NCBI GenBank assembly: GCA_029560805.1
Contig: JAKQKE010000039.1
Location: forward strand, 10,158 to 74,157
Reading direction: 5' to 3'
DNA from: Spirochaetota bacterium
Lineage (GTDB): Bacteria; Spirochaetota; Spirochaetia; Treponematales; UBA12059
DNA: 64,000 nucleotides
The position numbers and the translations under genes were made by a program. Positions 62,868-64,000 of the stretch are shown here, one piece after another. Position 1 is the first letter of the stretch. The number at the start of each line of letters is the position of its first letter. The notes under the pieces are model-generated. The model was not told the DNA's origin, made no database searches, and worked only from the letters and a program-made list of their open reading frames with translations.

Positions 62868-62960
62868 TCTAGCAAGCCCTCTCCAGGGGGACGTCCCGAC
62901 CGCTCGCGCTCTCGATGGCGTCGTCGGGGTATCCCTGAATCTACGGGGGCAGGATCCATC

Positions 62961-64000
62961 ATGAAGAGACTGGTATCATCCGTGCTAGCCGTCCTCGCGA
63001 CGGTAGCGATCGTATCGTGCGCCAGTTCCGGCGGCTCATTCGCCGCCGGTAGCTACGAAGGCGTCGGCTCCGGCCACGGCGGCGATATACGCGTCCTCGT
63101 CACCGTCAGCGACACGCGCATAGAGAAGATCGAGGTGCTGGAGAGCGGCGAGACCGCCATGCTCGGCGACGCCGCGTTCAAGGAGCTGTCCGAGGCCATC
63201 ATAGCCGCCAACACCACCAAGGTCGACGTAGTCTCCGGCGCGTCAGAGTCGAGCGCAGGCTTCGTCGCCGCCGTGGAGGACGCCCTGGCCAAGGCCGGCG
63301 TCGTGCTGGCCGCCAAGAAAGGCCCCGCCAAGGCCGCGCCCGTCGTCTTCGACAAGGACTACGACGTCGTGGTCATCGGCGCCGGCGGCGCCGGCCTGTC
63401 CGCGGCCATATCCGCGGCGCAGTCAGGGGCCAAGGTCATAATCGTCGAGAAGATGGCCATGGTCGGCGGCAATACGGTCAGGGCGACCGGCGGCATGAAC
63501 GCCGCGGGCACCGAGGCCCAGGCCAAGGCCGGTATAGCCGATAGCGTCGAATCCTTCTATAAGGACGCGATGAAGGGCGGTTACGAGAAGAACGACCCCG
63601 TCCTCGTGCGCAAGCTGGCCGAGGAATCCGCCGGCTCCGTCGCGTGGCTGACCTCGCTCGGCGCCGACCTCTCCGACGTCGGACGCCTCGCCGGCGCCAG
63701 CGTCAACCGCGCGCACAGGCCCACCGGCGGCGCCAAGGTCGGACCGGAGATCGTCGAGACCCTTAACGCGACCGTCGTCAAGACGGCCGGCGTCACGGTG
63801 TACACCAAGACCAGGGCGACCGCTATCCTCAAGGACAAGTCGGGCGCCGTCACCGGTATTAAGGTGATAGCCGCCGACGGACGCGAGTACGACATCAAGG
63901 CCAAGGCCGTCATCATCGCCACGGGCGGCTTCGGCGCCAACAACGACATGGCCGCGTCCTACGTGCCGTCCCTCAAGGGCTTCGCGACGACGAACCACCC
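62961..64000 (+). CDS. Extracytoplasmic flavoprotein reductase lipoprotein (FMN_bind domain + flavocytochrome-c/fumarate-reductase-type FAD domain), 3'-truncated by the window
   Basis: Not in the ORF track because no stop lies in the window. ATG 62961. Lipobox 'VAIVSCAS'. FMN-binding domain with flavinylation-type motif 'KVDVVSGASES'. FAD Rossmann 'YDVVVIGAGGAGLSAAISAAQSGAKVIIVEK'. Also 'GGNTVRATGGMNAAGT', 'NRAHRP', 'VIIATGGFGAN'. Confidence 0.85.
   Translation, partial: MKRLVSSVLAVLATVAIVSCASSGGSFAAGSYEGVGSGHGGDIRVLVTVSDTRIEKIEVLESGETAMLGDAAFKELSEAIIAANTTKVDVVSGASESSAGFVAAVEDALAKAGVVLAAKKGPAKAAPVVFDKDYDVVVIGAGGAGLSAAISAAQSGAKVIIVEKMAMVGGNTVRATGGMNAAGTEAQAKAGIADSVESFYKDAMKGGYEKNDPVLVRKLAEESAGSVAWLTSLGADLSDVGRLAGASVNRAHRPTGGAKVGPEIVETLNATVVKTAGVTVYTKTRATAILKDKSGAVTGIKVIAADGREYDIKAKAVIIATGGFGANNDMAASYVPSLKGFATTNH

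Noticed and set aside
1-64000. Searched for CRISPR arrays, transposases/IS ends, integrases, phage genes, toxin-antitoxin pairs, restriction-modification genes and other defence genes.
   Set aside because: None found. All direct repeats seen are short in-frame tandem repeats inside genes, and no spacer-repeat periodicity or terminal inverted repeats were noticed.

Overview
This is a high-GC chromosomal segment, roughly two-thirds G+C by eye, densely packed with about 50 protein-coding genes. The gene content suggests a spirochaete-like anaerobe, but that is an inference only. Supporting genes are an MCP, a DUF3798-type ABC lipoprotein, a NusG-II/Gx-transporter pair, a TraB-family protein, many lipoproteins and many signalling proteins.

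I found no rRNA, tRNA, CRISPR array, transposase, integrase, phage gene or recognisable defence gene, so this looks like core genome rather than an accessory island.

Recognisable blocks, in window order:
- Class III nucleotide cyclase converging on an RND efflux pair.
- Acyl-CoA synthetase.
- Partner-switching cassette: two membrane PP2C phosphatases, a STAS protein and a GHKL kinase.
- Co-directional string of GAF-GGDEF, GH13 alpha-glucosidase, thioesterase and a DHOD-like protein.
- TPR lipoprotein and TraB.
- OmpR/HK two-component pair.
- Fe-S aldo/keto reductase.
- CUT2-type ABC importer with a DUF3798-like lipoprotein and an extra small membrane protein.
- leuS.
- DUF4105-type membrane protein, then an MCP.
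- slyD / NusG-II / Gx-transporter / unknown membrane protein module.
- uppP, ftsK, bcp.
- Nucleoside-2-deoxyribosyltransferase-like gene plus D-aminoacylase, and two orphan transporters.
- Large surface lipoprotein, an OM-barrel/transglutaminase-like/TPR protein and a polytopic AraC regulator.
- A long operon led by a cobalamin riboswitch: btuFCD-like, cobT, an in-frame cobD-cobQ fusion, cbiB.
- A truncated extracytoplasmic FMN-bind/FAD reductase lipoprotein at the 3' edge.

The only RNA element I can support is the cobalamin riboswitch.

I did not find a clear-cut novel system. The best candidates for a second look are:
- the overlapped slyD/NusG-II/Gx module
- the partner-switch cassette, which has no sigma factor gene in cis
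- the surface lipoprotein / transglutaminase-like pair
- the cobD-cobQ fusion, which lacks a canonical start codon
- the palindromic AT-rich element between the riboswitch operon and the flavoprotein reductase gene
- several in-frame tandem repeats inside genes

Many long alternative-frame and antisense ORFs in the supplied track are arginine/proline/glycine-rich high-GC artefacts and were rejected.
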